Origin: Eledone cirrhosa
Lineage: Eukaryota
Assembly (NCBI GenBank): GCA_964016885.1
Contig: OZ024740.1
Span: 309,938,001 to 310,002,000, forward strand
DNA length: 64,000 nt
Reading direction: 5' to 3'
The position numbers and the translations under genes are program-made. This document shows, one piece after another, positions 1 through 12,510 of this stretch (positions are counted from its first letter, which is position 1; each line of letters starts with the position of its first letter). The notes under the pieces are model-generated. The model was not told where the DNA came from. It made no database searches and saw nothing but the letters and a program-made list of their open reading frames with translations.

Positions 1-46
1 ACACATACACACACACCCTCACACATACACACACATCACACACACC

Positions 47-77
<31 letters not shown>

Positions 78-104
78 TCTCTCTCTCTCTCTCACACTCA
101 CACG

Positions 105-143
<39 letters not shown>

Positions 144-220
144 AGGGAGAGAGAGGGATGTCGAGAGAGTGAAAGAAGAGAAAGAAAGAGATAGATGGAT
201 AGATAGATAGATAGATAGAT
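1..220. repeat. Compound microsatellite (CA)n-(CT)n-(TA)n-(GATA)n
   Basis: Directly visible simple repeats. Confidence 0.95.
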
Positions 221-1080
221 GTGCGGGCAATTCTTCATCGCTCATCTCAAAACAATAAGACATAGGTGAACAGTTCTTTTCTCAACTCCACAGCAAAATT
301 TGACTGAACATAACTCATAGTATTATTTTCAGTGTTGCGTCAGTATAACTGCATTTTATCTGTTCTATCAATAATTGAAAAAGAAGCTGTGTTAATATGC
401 TAATGCGATTCTCTTATTAACGATCATGTATCCCAGAGGAATTAAATTGAATGCATTTTTTCTAAAGGATGGCTTTTTAAATTTATTTTTATATCATATG
501 ATAATGGTCAAATGGGCAGAGAATATTTGCATATTTAGCCTAATTTACGTTCAGATTTTATATCGCACTGAGAATGACATTGCTGTTGTAAGATATCCAG
601 TCAAATTCTTCACACACAATTATTTTTAAAAGCTCTAACCTGCTCATACATTTATACAATAGTTCAAACTTTAAAAGTAATGAGGAGACGATATTATATA
701 AGAAAATATAGGTTATAAGAATTTAAATTGCGAGGGATGAATTTCATTTTCATCTGTCTGTACGTAAGGTCGGTAGCAATTCTTAATACGTATCATGTTA
801 TATCTGCGTGAAAGCATCGATTCATAACTAGGGGAAATATTTTATATCATATATAGGAAGACATTCCGGAAATGTTTATCGGGGTGTGGTGAGATTTACT
901 GCTAATACTATGGGATAAGGAAAATATGTTATTTATTTATATTTTATTTTATGTGTATGGGACAATCTATAAATGTAATCTAGTAAATGGACAATTATTT
1001 ATAGATTAACATAAAAGTAGTGCTAAGGTTTTGTGTGTTTCTCTATCAAAGTCTCCAAGTAGTGGCCTTATAATAAGAAT

Positions 1081-1271
1081 AATTGTTTTTACTTTTGGCA
1101 CAGGGCTAGCAATTATTCCAGTGCATTACTGGTACTTTATTTTATCAACCACGTAAAGGATGAAAGGCAAAGTAAACCTCGGCAGGATCTGAACTCAGAA
1201 CGTAAAGGGCCATAACTCTATGCTGTAAAGCACGGTGTCTGACGCTCTACCAATGCTGCCAATTCACCGCC
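1081..1271 (-). mobile_element. tRNA-derived SINE family A, diverged copy
   Basis: The minus strand has A/B-box-like motifs (TGGCAGCATTGG ... GTTCAGATCC) and the core CTTTGCCTTTCATCCTTT...GATAAAATAAAGTACCAG shared with the copies at 9453, 24716, 26705, 43931 and 60349. Confidence 0.85.
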
Positions 1272-1865
1272 CTTTAATAAGAATAATACACGTGAAACAC
1301 GACACTAGTTACCGGCACAAACTATATATCAATATATATATATATATATATATATATGAATTGCTCTATGTCAGACTTTCAGACTTTCGAGAAGACCTAG
1401 GATCAACGTCCTGCAATACAGAATTTTTGCGATCATTTGAGAATTAAATTATCTACTTTATTCTAAGATAGTCGAATCTCATTTCAAATATATTTAACTC
1501 TTCTAGTAGTTCTAACAAATGTTGTAAAGCATTTATGCACGTTCGAAGAAAATATTCTAAAATGGCTTCTGACTAAATCTACGTGAAATTCTGGTTGCGT
1601 TTTGGTAGTAAACACTGATTTTGTATCCGTGAGATTATTTTGAATATAGTTTAATAAATCTCTGAAATACACCTTACAATTAAATATTACAAGATAAACC
1701 TCATCAGCTCTCATCTTGTGTAGGTTCGATGAGTATGAGAGGAATATATTTTTTATGCACACGCGTGCATAAATATATGCATGCAACTATGTGTATGCTT
1801 ATACCACACAAAATACACAAACACAGATACACAAACATATATATATATACATATATAGGAAGAGC

Positions 1866-2112
<247 letters not shown>

Positions 2113-4544
2113 TGTCCCTCTGAAATACATTGCTTAGTAGACCTTTTAACTACACAAGTTAGTGATATCTGATTAGTCCAAAACGCGCCAGTACCTGACA
2201 AATCGTTTTAGCTATAGAATTTTCACCCCCGCTTCCAATTTGTTTCAAAGCGAAATTATTACTGAAATTAGTTTCAATAACAGTTTTGTTAATTATGCAA
2301 TGATAAATGCGCTTCGTATTAATCATATTATGGCATTTCAAAAATATTTAACTGATAGTGTATCGTTCAGTAGTTTATTTTGATTTATTCCTTTAGTTAA
2401 ATGATACGTCCCACTTGACCCTCGTACACTATTCTTATGTTCCTTCAATTTTCTCACTGTCAGTCATCAATCATGCATTCCATAGTTGCACTTTATATAC
2501 ATATCATATAACCTTCGTTCTGCCACTGACTTTTATGTAACTTTCTATATTACAGTGCACTATCTTGCGTTTGGCAGTGTGTCCATTTCGCGAGTTTGTC
2601 AGTAATTCTCGATCCTACAGAGTCTGTGGGTACAGATCTTCTAAACAGTCATGTTGAAAATCTCTGATTAGTGGATTTGTAGAAATTGTAAAAGTTTGTT
2701 TATTGCTGAGACTAAACTGCAATAGTTTAGAGACACATATCTCCCTCACTAATATAACTACCCTGTAGGATTCCATTTCATACATCAAAGCCAAATTTAT
2801 TATCAGAGAAAAAGGAATTAATAACAGTTTACATATGTATCAAACAATATTTATTTATTTATCATTTTTAGAAAATGGAATATATCCAAATATATATTGA
2901 ATATTAAACTAGAATAATGTAATTTTCCAATTGTCTTGGCTTTTTCAAGGCTATGTATGCCCTTTAATGAGATTCTTTTAAATTATAAACATTTGCTGAA
3001 TTAATCACTTTCTCATATATGTGGCAATAGCTGTAATAGACGTGTTTCACATCTGAGTAACGAACTTAGATAAAGGCCAGCATCGACATCGTTTATAATA
3101 CTGATCTGCACTTAATTACGCATTGATCTATTTCTTTTGTTGCTTTATATTATTGATGTAAAATGTCTAATTATATGGCTAAATGTATTATAGTACTAGG
3201 AGTGCTTCCTAATATTCGTGTCGCTATGGCTACTATATTTCCATGTCTTAAAACCAACCTAATATTTACATGATGAGTAGTAACAGAAAGCTTTTACTGT
3301 TCATATCAACACAAAGAGTAATAAGTTTGTTTCGTAAGTACGTTACTTCAGAGACCATTAATATATTTTGGGGCGAGTAATGTAGACATCGTTAGTATGG
3401 CTTTACATTTGCGAGGAGATAACGAGATGCCAATTATACATCATAAATTGATGCGCATATTATAGTAATTTCTTTTTTCTCTGATGGGGATTAAATATCT
3501 AAAGATAAAGTAAAATGACAGGTGCACTATTCTCGATAATCTATGCTAATTTAGATTCTGAAATGTTGTTGTCACAACGTAAGTGATTATAAAGAATATT
3601 CGACGACTAACAATAATATTTGCGAAAATCGCATAAATTGCCCTCGAAGACTAGAAGACTATACTATAAATAATACATTTCAAATGTGAGTTGGAATTGA
3701 AAACGATGCCTACGTGATTCTCTCTATAAAACACCTTTTGGCTAATTCACTTCCGTTTCGTAAGTATGCAGAACTCTTTGATGAAAATTACATGTGTCTC
3801 CAGCAGCTGTTATTTGAAAAATAAATTAGTGTCAAGTGGATCTCGAATGGAAGAGGTATACGCCGCTTTCCAGATTAGTGAAACAATTTCAATGCCTTCC
3901 TACAAAGGAAAATGTGACCGTAGAACGACCGGAGGTTCTTCTCATAAGGTGAAGATATTTTATAGAGTTTAACAGGCGGTTAAATGTGGTAATTCATAAA
4001 TAGGTGAAATAAGGAAACGTTGGCAAATACATTTTTGTTAGTTGGTAAAGCAACCTTAATTGTGTTCTTGCAAAAACCGGCATATGCCCAACAACTTCTG
4101 GAAAATGCCAGTTTAGATTAACCACACTCATCCATGAGTCAAAATTGGAACAACTGTGGAGAGCTATGAAAAAATATATGCGTTTCAGAATCTAACACAA
4201 CGAACCAAAACGGAAAACCAGAAATAATAAAAAAAAAATCTATTAAAATTGCAATAAATGCCACCGGGATAATAACGGCATATTTCCTCTACATGAAAAT
4301 GCGGAAACTATTTGATATAAAGAGAAAGATACTGATATTAAGTTATACTCGATTACGAGTGAATACACACACACACACGCGTGCACAAACACAAACATAC
4401 ACACACACATGCACACACACATACATATATAAAAGATGATGCGCTCATGCGAAGACTTCCTTAATATTTCCAGCGCTTAAAGATCCGAGAAATTGTTCTT
4501 CCCTAGCTACCGCGCCCCTCTCTCTCTCTCTCTCTCGCTCTCTG

Positions 4545-4577
<33 letters not shown>

Positions 4578-5559
4578 GATACTCATATATGCGTGATCTT
4601 ATATCTTTCAATCTTACTTTTCGGGATTGAATCATCGTAACCACTTCATAGTGGAGTAGCGGTCCTGAAACTGGTTTCTCTCATTGGGCGCAAGGAGGAC
4701 GTTTGATGTTCATAGTTCACAATTTTAACTTGACACAGTTACATGTACAAAGAAGGGTTAGTGTAATTAGATGTGAATTGATATTTATGTTTAATATATG
4801 CGTAAATTAAATTGTAAATTATATTTAATAGCTTATATATATCGCAAAGGGTGATAATTCTCATCGGGAATTTTGGAAAAATGAACAGACAATTCTTATA
4901 TACATATCCGTGTATAAATACCGTGGATGTAGCTATCGATAGAAATATATGTTGAATCATCGTGTGTAATTTAATTTTGCAACTTTTAAACCTATTTTAA
5001 AACGTTTTTCTAGACCTTAAAGCCTAAATGGACTAAAAAATACAGAGGTCTTTCTGATGTAGTGTATGTACTGTGTCTATGTGCTTAGGCATTTGTTATA
5101 TCGGTGTTTTTGTGCGTATGTGGACGTCAGAAAGTAGGGTAATGGAGCATTTAGCAGGGCTGATGAATTAGCACTGGGGTGTGGGGTCCAGCTGGATAGG
5201 AGATGGTATCTGAGAGCAAGAAACCTCTAAAAACCTCAATCGTAGCGTTCAGATACTTGTTTGGTGCTTACAACTTCTTTGCCAAAATCCTAAATCTTTC
5301 ACTGAGGCGTGGTAGTCATCTCTTAATTCTTTAAATTTTTCTTTGCACACGATGAGATAAGGCAGTTGTAGAACTGATACTCCACTATGCAGTGGTAGCG
5401 ATAACTGGGCCCCGAAATCTAAGGTCGCACATGCATACTAAGGTTATGAACATCACTATAAACTAAATGCCCTCTCATGTACTAGATTGAGCATTTTCCC
5501 TTTGCCTTTTATCTACGGATACGTTACACACAAACGACGGATAACAGAAGTCACGTACC

Positions 5560-5878
5560 GTTCCTCTCCGACAGATAACTTTACCCCTCGGAAAACCTCC
5601 CAGTTGATGGATGCGAAATCCGAAATATAGGGACAATTAAATCTCTCCCAAGTTAACTCTATCTCATGTTATCATTTTTATATTTACACTCTTTCCTACG
5701 TTCCTCTACACATTATACATCTCATTCTACATTTCCTCTTACATCTCTCTCTTCACCACCGGATTCTGTTACCCATATTCTGTTACCACAGATTTACCCA
5801 TCTACATTGTTGAGGCTTCCAAAACGACCAAATTTTTTATTATTCCACAATGCTTCAAGCAAACTTCAATACTCTCAT
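5560..5878 (+). mobile_element. Solo pseudo-LTR/3' region of the Penelope-like element at 38023-39590
   Basis: Clear similarity to 39315-39590 (CCGACAGA...CAGTTGAT..ATCCGAAATATA...AAATCTCTCCCAAG...CATTGTTGAGGCTTCCAAAACGAC) and to the inverted tip at 38023-38087. Confidence 0.8.
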
Positions 5879-5932
5879 ATATATATATATATATAAAGGA
5901 ACGATCGACTTTCGTCAAATCGGACCGAGGGA

Positions 5933-6112
5933 ACAATGTTTCCGTTGGTCTTTCCAAGTGCTAATGCTATCTATCCGTCGCAACTCCCGGTAGAAGGAGC
6001 AACGTGAAATAAAGTGTCTTGCTCAAGGACATAACGCATCGCCTGGTCCAGGAATCGAACTCACAACCTTACGATTGTGAATCCAATTCCCTAACCACTC
6101 GGCCACACGCCT

Positions 6113-6114
<2 letters not shown>
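5933..6114 (-). mobile_element. tRNA-derived CORE-type SINE (family B)
   Basis: The minus strand reads GGCGTGTGGCCGAGTGGTTAGG...GTGAGTTCGATTCC (A/B boxes), then the CORE-like TGTCCTTGAGCAAGACACTT. The left boundary is approximate. Confidence 0.85.
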
Positions 6115-6159
<45 letters not shown>

Positions 6160-6163
<4 letters not shown>

Positions 6164-6347
6164 CGAAGGAAATGTGGTAAGGAACCAGGTGGACCATAAC
6201 GCACCAAAGTACTCAATACTTGGGGTAGTAGAGTGGGTAATAGGAACCAGTAAGACCCCGACGGCTGAGCTCAAGCCGTTTCGACGGCTAATGTCCAGAA
6301 TTAGCCGTCGAAACGGCTTGAGCTCAGCCGTCGGGGTCTTACTGGTT

Positions 6348-6352
<5 letters not shown>
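6160..6352 (-). mobile_element. Family X copy ending in a perfect fold-back palindrome (6241-6352)
   Basis: TAGGAACCAGTAAGACCCCGACGGCTGAGCTCAAGCCGTTTCGACGGCTAAT-gtccaga-ATTAGCCGTCGAAACGG...TTCCTA, with (TA)n on both sides. Confidence 0.85.
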
Positions 6353-6401
<49 letters not shown>

Positions 6402-6656
6402 GAGAGTAAAACAAAGAAGCCTTCAATACATAAAAAGTCTTTATTAGCCGACAATGTTTCGTCCTATTAAGGACTCATCAGGTCAATTAAAACAACAAGA
6501 AGTAATATCGGCAGATACAAGTATATTGTATATTGTAAATATTATTATTATATTATTATTGTGACATCTATATTGTTTGTGTAATTTAACCGGAGATTAT
6601 CTATTCTATTATATTGTATTATATAGTATATAATTGTATTATTCATTATTATATGT

Positions 6657-6790
6657 GCTACTTATAATTATATCATATTATTACCTATGTACTACTTATA
6701 ATTATATCATATTATTACCTATGTACTACTTATAATTATATCATATTATTACCTATGTACTACTTATAATTATATCATATTATTACCTCA
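6657..6790. repeat. 34-bp tandem repeat, about 4 copies
   Basis: Unit TACTTATAATTATATCATATTATTACCTATGTAC. Confidence 0.9.
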
Positions 6791-7252
6791 TGTATATTGG
6801 GTAGATGTATTAGTATTATTATTATTATTATTATTTTCATTCCTATCATGCTTATTTTTATATTCAAATTCTTAATAAGGTTTAATTTGTGCAGTTGAGG
6901 ATGGATGTGTGTATTGTTGTATGTGTATGTGTGTGTGTACGTGTGCGCACATATATACATATGCATATTGTATCTTTTGATTTTTATTGTAATTTTAATG
7001 TTGGTAAAGGTATATTATAGTATATTATATTGTATTATATATAATTCCTGCTCTATATAACCACCTTTGTTTAGCTCTAGTTTTTGCTTTGGACTATATT
7101 TGTAATATGGTTCTTAGTGTTATATACATCCTTAGTAATTTTTATAATATATTTTTATTATATATTTTTGTAATACTTCAGTGTATGTACACTCCATATT
7201 CTTCGGAGCTTCCGGCTTGTATCTGCCGATATTACTTCTTGTTGTTTTAATT

Positions 7253-7290
7253 GCCCTGATGAGTCCTTAATAGGACGAAACATTGTCGGC
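7253..7290 (+). ncRNA. Minimal type I hammerhead ribozyme (inverted copy at 6447-6484, - strand)
   Basis: GCC-CUGAUGA-GUCCU(UAAU)AGGAC-GAAA-C(AUU)G-UC^-GGC: intact core, 5-bp stem II, GUC cleavage triplet, stem I GCC/GGC. Confidence 0.85.
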
Positions 7291-7437
7291 TAATAAAGAC
7301 TTTTGATGTATTGAAGGCTTCTTTGTTTTACTCTCTTAATTTTTCGGCTCTGTTTAACTACATTGAGCTATACCTTTTACTGTCATTTCTATAATACGAA
7401 GAGGGTGTTTAACTCTAACACACTCCAGTATGTTAAC

Positions 7438-7538
<101 letters not shown>

Positions 7539-8865
7539 TTATTAGCTTTACATATATAGAAGTATGTGAACTCTGTTGAAAGGTTGTATTTGTAAAGTAA
7601 AAAATATATATATATATTTCAGGACACATTGGTTATTGAATAATTTACATAATTAGATGTAGGTTGGTGGTATATATTATATAGCTTTGTATACAGTTCG
7701 TGGGGAATAGTATATTTTGTTCAAATATATGTGTTGAACGTGAAATTTCAATTATACATCCTTTGTGTTACATCTACAATTAGACAATCAAATTGTCACG
7801 TTTACATCCCATTTATATCAGATGTGTAGTTTTGCAATGCGGAATGGTCTTTGATCATATTGTGTATATTTGCGTGAATAATAATGAAAGGTTTTAGTGG
7901 ACTTTAGTGAAACAGTTTCCGAAATAATCGAAGAAACATCAATTTATATCTCAATTGCACAACCATTCTTCGGGGTATATTAGTTTGAGATTAATTTAAA
8001 GGGAGACTGAATATCAACATTAGTTGCTTTAATTTCTGGGATGAGGAAGTATGATATGATCAGTGGTGCTATGATTAGGGGTCACATTTGGTTCTTTTAG
8101 AAGGAAATATATTTCATTCCCACAAGTATCATGCTGCTCACATAAAAGAAGAAAATATCAAAATCTAATTCAAATGATTTTTATTCGATATCAATTATCA
8201 ATCTTATATATTTTCACAATTCTAGTTGTTTAGCAGGTTTACCGAAACAATGAGAATGCATTTCCTTTTGGTGGGAATCAAATATTGAGAGAGGCTGACG
8301 TGGTCAGTGATGTTAGTACCGGTATGGATACGTACCATGGATACGTCGACCAGTAACATGTTTTATCTTTTTCATAAGATTAAGTTTACGTGAAACATGA
8401 ATCAATTCCTGGCGTTCAGAATTATTCCGATAACGAGTTCGATATGAAAGGAAACACATTTAAGAGCCCAAAGTTCGATATGGAGGGAGACTCTACGTCT
8501 ACATGATTATTTACATCAATTGAACATTCAGTCTAATAACGCCAAACGTTTCGTAAGGTAGAACTGCTAGCGTCAATGTTTCAGAGTTTAAGGGCAACAA
8601 TTTTCTGATGTTGGCGTACTCAAATTATATTATTCATTTAACAAAGCTACCTCAAAATATGAGCCAACCAATGTAATCTCTTAACGATATAACTTTTAAC
8701 GATATATCTCTAAGCAACTGCATGATCAATCATTTCTATTTAGCTAGGCATCTGATGAGACAGGTATCTTAAGGCCTTGAAACCGATGTTAATGGAGAAT
8801 TTCAATCAGCCATTAATACAACAAATCTCAACTCTCAGATTGTTGAATTCACTTTTCTAGCACAC

Positions 8866-8921
<56 letters not shown>

Positions 8922-9048
8922 TTAGGGTAAATATTGATGCAATTCAATTCAAGCACACAACGTACTTATTCCACATAGGAGTGACGGAGTAAATATCGAA
9001 TAAGGAAAAGCGAAGTCGTTTCAGATGTTCAAGTCTTTTAATAATAAT

Positions 9049-9122
9049 GCTGTTATATATATTTCAATTGCGACAGTGGCCACACTGTTCCGTGCGCCAG
9101 TGTCGCGACATCGTCAGACAGC
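9049..9122 (-). ncRNA. Type I hammerhead ribozyme with extended stem II (second copy 9880-9948, + strand, 5' side of stem I deleted)
   Basis: Minus strand: GCUGU-CUGACGA-U-GUCGCGACA...UGUCGCAAU-U-GAAA-UAUAUA-UA^-ACAGC. Stem I is GCUGU/ACAGC and stem III is the palindrome AUAUAUAU. Confidence 0.75.
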
Positions 9123-9452
9123 TTATTACATAATAAGGTTATGTTTCCGGGGCAATCCAAATTGAATCGACATGGGACCGGACGAAGTGTGTGCTCTTGG
9201 GTTCTTCATCCATCTATACATGGACAAATTGACAATCATATTGATCATCTATCTCATTTCGCATATATGTACTCTATGTGTTTTTGCATTTATTCATTTA
9301 TTAGTTTTTTTCCTTTGTGTACGTTATATCTGTTTCTTTTGGTTGTGTTCCATGTGATGGAAATTCTAACTATGCACCCGACTAAATACTACCTTTCATA
9401 CCCTTAATTAACCCTCGGTTCTACTGTGCGGTACTATCGTTCAGTATATAGA

Positions 9453-9633
9453 TAATTGTTTCTACGTTTGGCACAAGGCCAGAAATTACCCAGTACATTA
9501 CTGGTACTTTATTTTATCGACCCGTAAGGATGAAAGGCAAAGTTAACCTCGGTGAGATTTGAACTCAGATTGTAAAGGGACGTAACTATGCTGGAAAGCA
9601 TGTCCGACCCTCTACCGATACTGCCAACCCACA
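9453..9633 (-). mobile_element. SINE family A
   Basis: Near-identical to 24716-24897 and 60349-60528. Confidence 0.9.
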
Positions 9634-9994
9634 GGCGGGGTAGGTAGAAGTGAGCTATATTACAGGCCTGAATGGGTCATTGTTTGGCTGAGAGGCGGAA
9701 CTGACTAAGCGAATTTCGTTGAAATCTACGGTAGCTAATGGTCAACTTCCTTCGGACCTGCGCCTGCGCAGACCGGTGGGGGTGAATCGGTACTCACAGG
9801 GGAATGGATGAAGAACCCAAGAGCACACACTTCGTCCGGTCCCATGTCGATTCAATTTGGATTGCCCCGGAAACATAACCTGACGATGTTGCGACACTGC
9901 CGCACGGAACAGTGTGGCCACTGTTGCAATTGAAATATATATAACAGCATTATTATTAAAAGACTTGAATATCTGAAACTACTTCGCTTTTCCT

Positions 9995-10153
<159 letters not shown>

Positions 10154-11185
10154 CTCAGTTTCTTACAACGTACCGGTTAGCAAATCAAGACTGTTGTTCG
10201 TAATTGTAAGTTTCTGCAGAAGTATGCTATACTCTACCATCAATATTGAGTAACACTCCTATTTGTAGACTACCCTCTTCTTCAGAAACAATTCTGAGAG
10301 TTTTTATAAAGCCAACTATCAATTGAACAGGAATTTCGAGACTAGAAATACGTAGTAGCCTAACCTATGCCATGCTAGTCGATATATCGATCTTCCACTA
10401 ACATTTGATCCTCTGGAACGATCGTAACACAATGAACTGATTAACTACCTACCTGTTACTTCTGTCTTCTTTTTGTTCTAACCACAAACACATATATGTA
10501 AATGACACTATAGCCTGGGCAGATCTTCGATGAAACCTTAAGAGGTGATCCACTACTACAAAATCTACCGGTCAGACCACCCAATCTTGCAGCAACGTTA
10601 TCAGCCCCACCACAACCAGATGGAATATGACATATATATATATATATAGAAAGGATGAATATAAAATGAAAGTGCTTTTTTTAAAAAGGAATTTATTAGG
10701 TATTGACATATGTTTCTGTAACAGACGCAATACCTATGTATCGCTGCTTGCGTAATCATATAATGTTAGCAAGTATTCGATAGCAAATGTATAATCAGTT
10801 GTCACTTCTTCAGAGATTTTGGATAAATTGGATAAAATCAGAAAAATTGAAGTATTTATATTAGTAATAGAGAAAGAAACAGAGGGGATAGTATATGACA
10901 GATGGTAAATTAATTTACTGCTAAACAAGTATATAATGGGTTTCTAATGAGAATACCATGAGTAAATCTAAATAAGAATTTTGGGAGTGCCAATTTTAAT
11001 CTCTACCTGACCAACTGGACAGTGGACAGGGCTGGTCATTTGGTGCAGTAGTATTAATTATAAAGTGTCAATTGGGGAAGGGGGAGATTTCGATTGCTAC
11101 TAAATAACATCAATGCTAGTAGCCAGCTGGTATATGCATTAGGGAATTGCCTAATGCATATACCAGCTAATGCATACGTATATAT

Positions 11186-11351
11186 AATTAAATCTCTTCC
11201 AGGGTATTACTTTTATTTTTTATGCTCTTTCCTACGTTCTTCTACACACTATACATCTCATTCTACACTCACTTACATCTCTCTCTCGACCGCGGGATCT
11301 TGTTACCCAGAGAATTACCTATCTGCATTGTTGAGGCTTTCAAAACGACCT
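11186..11351 (+). mobile_element. Fragment of the Penelope-like pseudo-LTR (family of 38023-39590)
   Basis: Matches 5635-5828 and 39388-39588 (AATTAAATCTC...GGATCTTGTTACCC...GCATTGTTGAGGCTTTCAAAACGAC). Confidence 0.8.
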
Positions 11352-11381
11352 AAATAAAATATATAATATATATATATATAT

Positions 11382-11533
11382 GACTAAAGAAATTTCTAGC
11401 CTGATAGTGGGGTTTATAACCCTCGGAGAAAAATGGAAAAAGATGAGTGTTGCCATGTACGGCAACACTCATCTTTTTCCATTTTTCTCCGAGGGTTATA
11501 AACCCCACTATCAGGTTAAAAATTTCTTTAGTC
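11382..11533. repeat. 152-bp near-perfect palindrome (fold-back)
   Basis: GACTAAAGAAATTT...GATGAGTGTTGCC-atgtac-GGCAACACTCATC...AAATTTCTTTAGTC. Confidence 0.92.
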
Positions 11534-11624
11534 TAAAATACGGTGAAAGCTTATAATTTCTAATTTTCAAACTCGCGCACCGTTTCAAAAACATACTTAC
11601 ATGTTTACATTTATAATTTGCTTG

Positions 11625-11684
<60 letters not shown>

Positions 11685-11689
<5 letters not shown>

Positions 11690-12510
11690 TTGGTGCTCTG
11701 AAATAGCGATATATATATGAATGTATATATAGTCTATTTTGCAATACACTGTATGCTTAATTAAAAGCATTTCGAAGGCCTTATACTATTGTTTTAGAGT
11801 AGTGACAGTCTCACTTTAATTTTCAGCAAACAGGGGGAGATAAAGCTGACAGAGATCTTTTTCGCATGTTTTGGTGCTTATCAAAGCTAACTACCCTCCT
11901 GTTTGCTGAAAATCATGAATGTTTGATTCTTATAGAATTCTAGTAATAATCAGGAACTGATTATACAGAGCGGTTGCCGGTCAAGCATAAACTGAAAATT
12001 AGAATTGGTGCTCTGAAATCGGGATATATATATGAATCTATATATAGTGTATTTTGCAATACACTGTATGCTTAATTAAAAGCATTTCGAACACCTTATG
12101 CTATTGTTTTTGAGTAGTGACAGTCTCACTTACTTTAATTTTCAGCAAACAGGGGAGATAAAGCTGACAGAGCTCTGTTTCGCACTTTTTGGTGCACTTT
12201 TTGGTTCTAAATTTCAATTTCTGCTTGACCGGCAACCGCTCTGTATAATCAGTTCCTGATCATTACTAGAATTGTATAAGAATCAAACATTCATGATTTT
12301 AGGCAAACAGGAGGAGTAGTTAGCTTTGATAAGCATAACAAAAAATAATACGAAACAGAGCTCTGTCAGCTTTATTTCCCCTGTTTGCTGAAAATTAAAT
12401 TAAGTGAGACTGTCACTACTCTAAAACAATAGCATAAGGTCTTTGAAATGCTTTAATGAAGCATACAGTGTATTGCAAAATACACTATATATATACATTC
12501 ATATATATAT
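11685..12510. mobile_element. ~315-bp unit in tandem (11685-11998, partial 11999-12200) plus an inverted copy (12201-12510); hammerhead-bearing
   Basis: TTAGAATTGGTGCTCTGAAAT recurs at 11685 and 11999, and 12205-12510 is the reverse complement of the unit. Confidence 0.85.
12322..12371 (+). ncRNA. Hammerhead ribozyme with U3-A8 variant core (other copy 11844-11888, - strand)
   Basis: AGCU-UUGAUAA-G(stem II)C-GAAA-CAGAGCUCUG-UC^-AGCU. Stem III is the palindrome ACAGAGCUCUGU, and stem II is GCA/UGC in the 11844 copy. Confidence 0.7.

Larger units (their letters stand above)
6397..7340. mobile_element. Non-autonomous element with ~125-bp inverted arms (6397-6521 / 7216-7340), each holding a hammerhead motif
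   Basis: The arms are near-perfect reverse complements around an AT-rich non-coding spacer. Confidence 0.85.

Noticed and set aside
5158-5240. CTGATGA...GAAAC hammerhead candidate
   Set aside because: No convincing stems I or II and no second copy in the window.
6030-6114. tRNA-like sequence (also 18350-18430 and the family A heads)
   Set aside because: It continues directly into a SINE body and lacks a clean acceptor stem, so it is a SINE head, not a tRNA gene.
6657-6790. 34-bp repeats of CRISPR-like length
   Set aside because: Contiguous tandem units with no spacers, no cas genes and a eukaryotic context.
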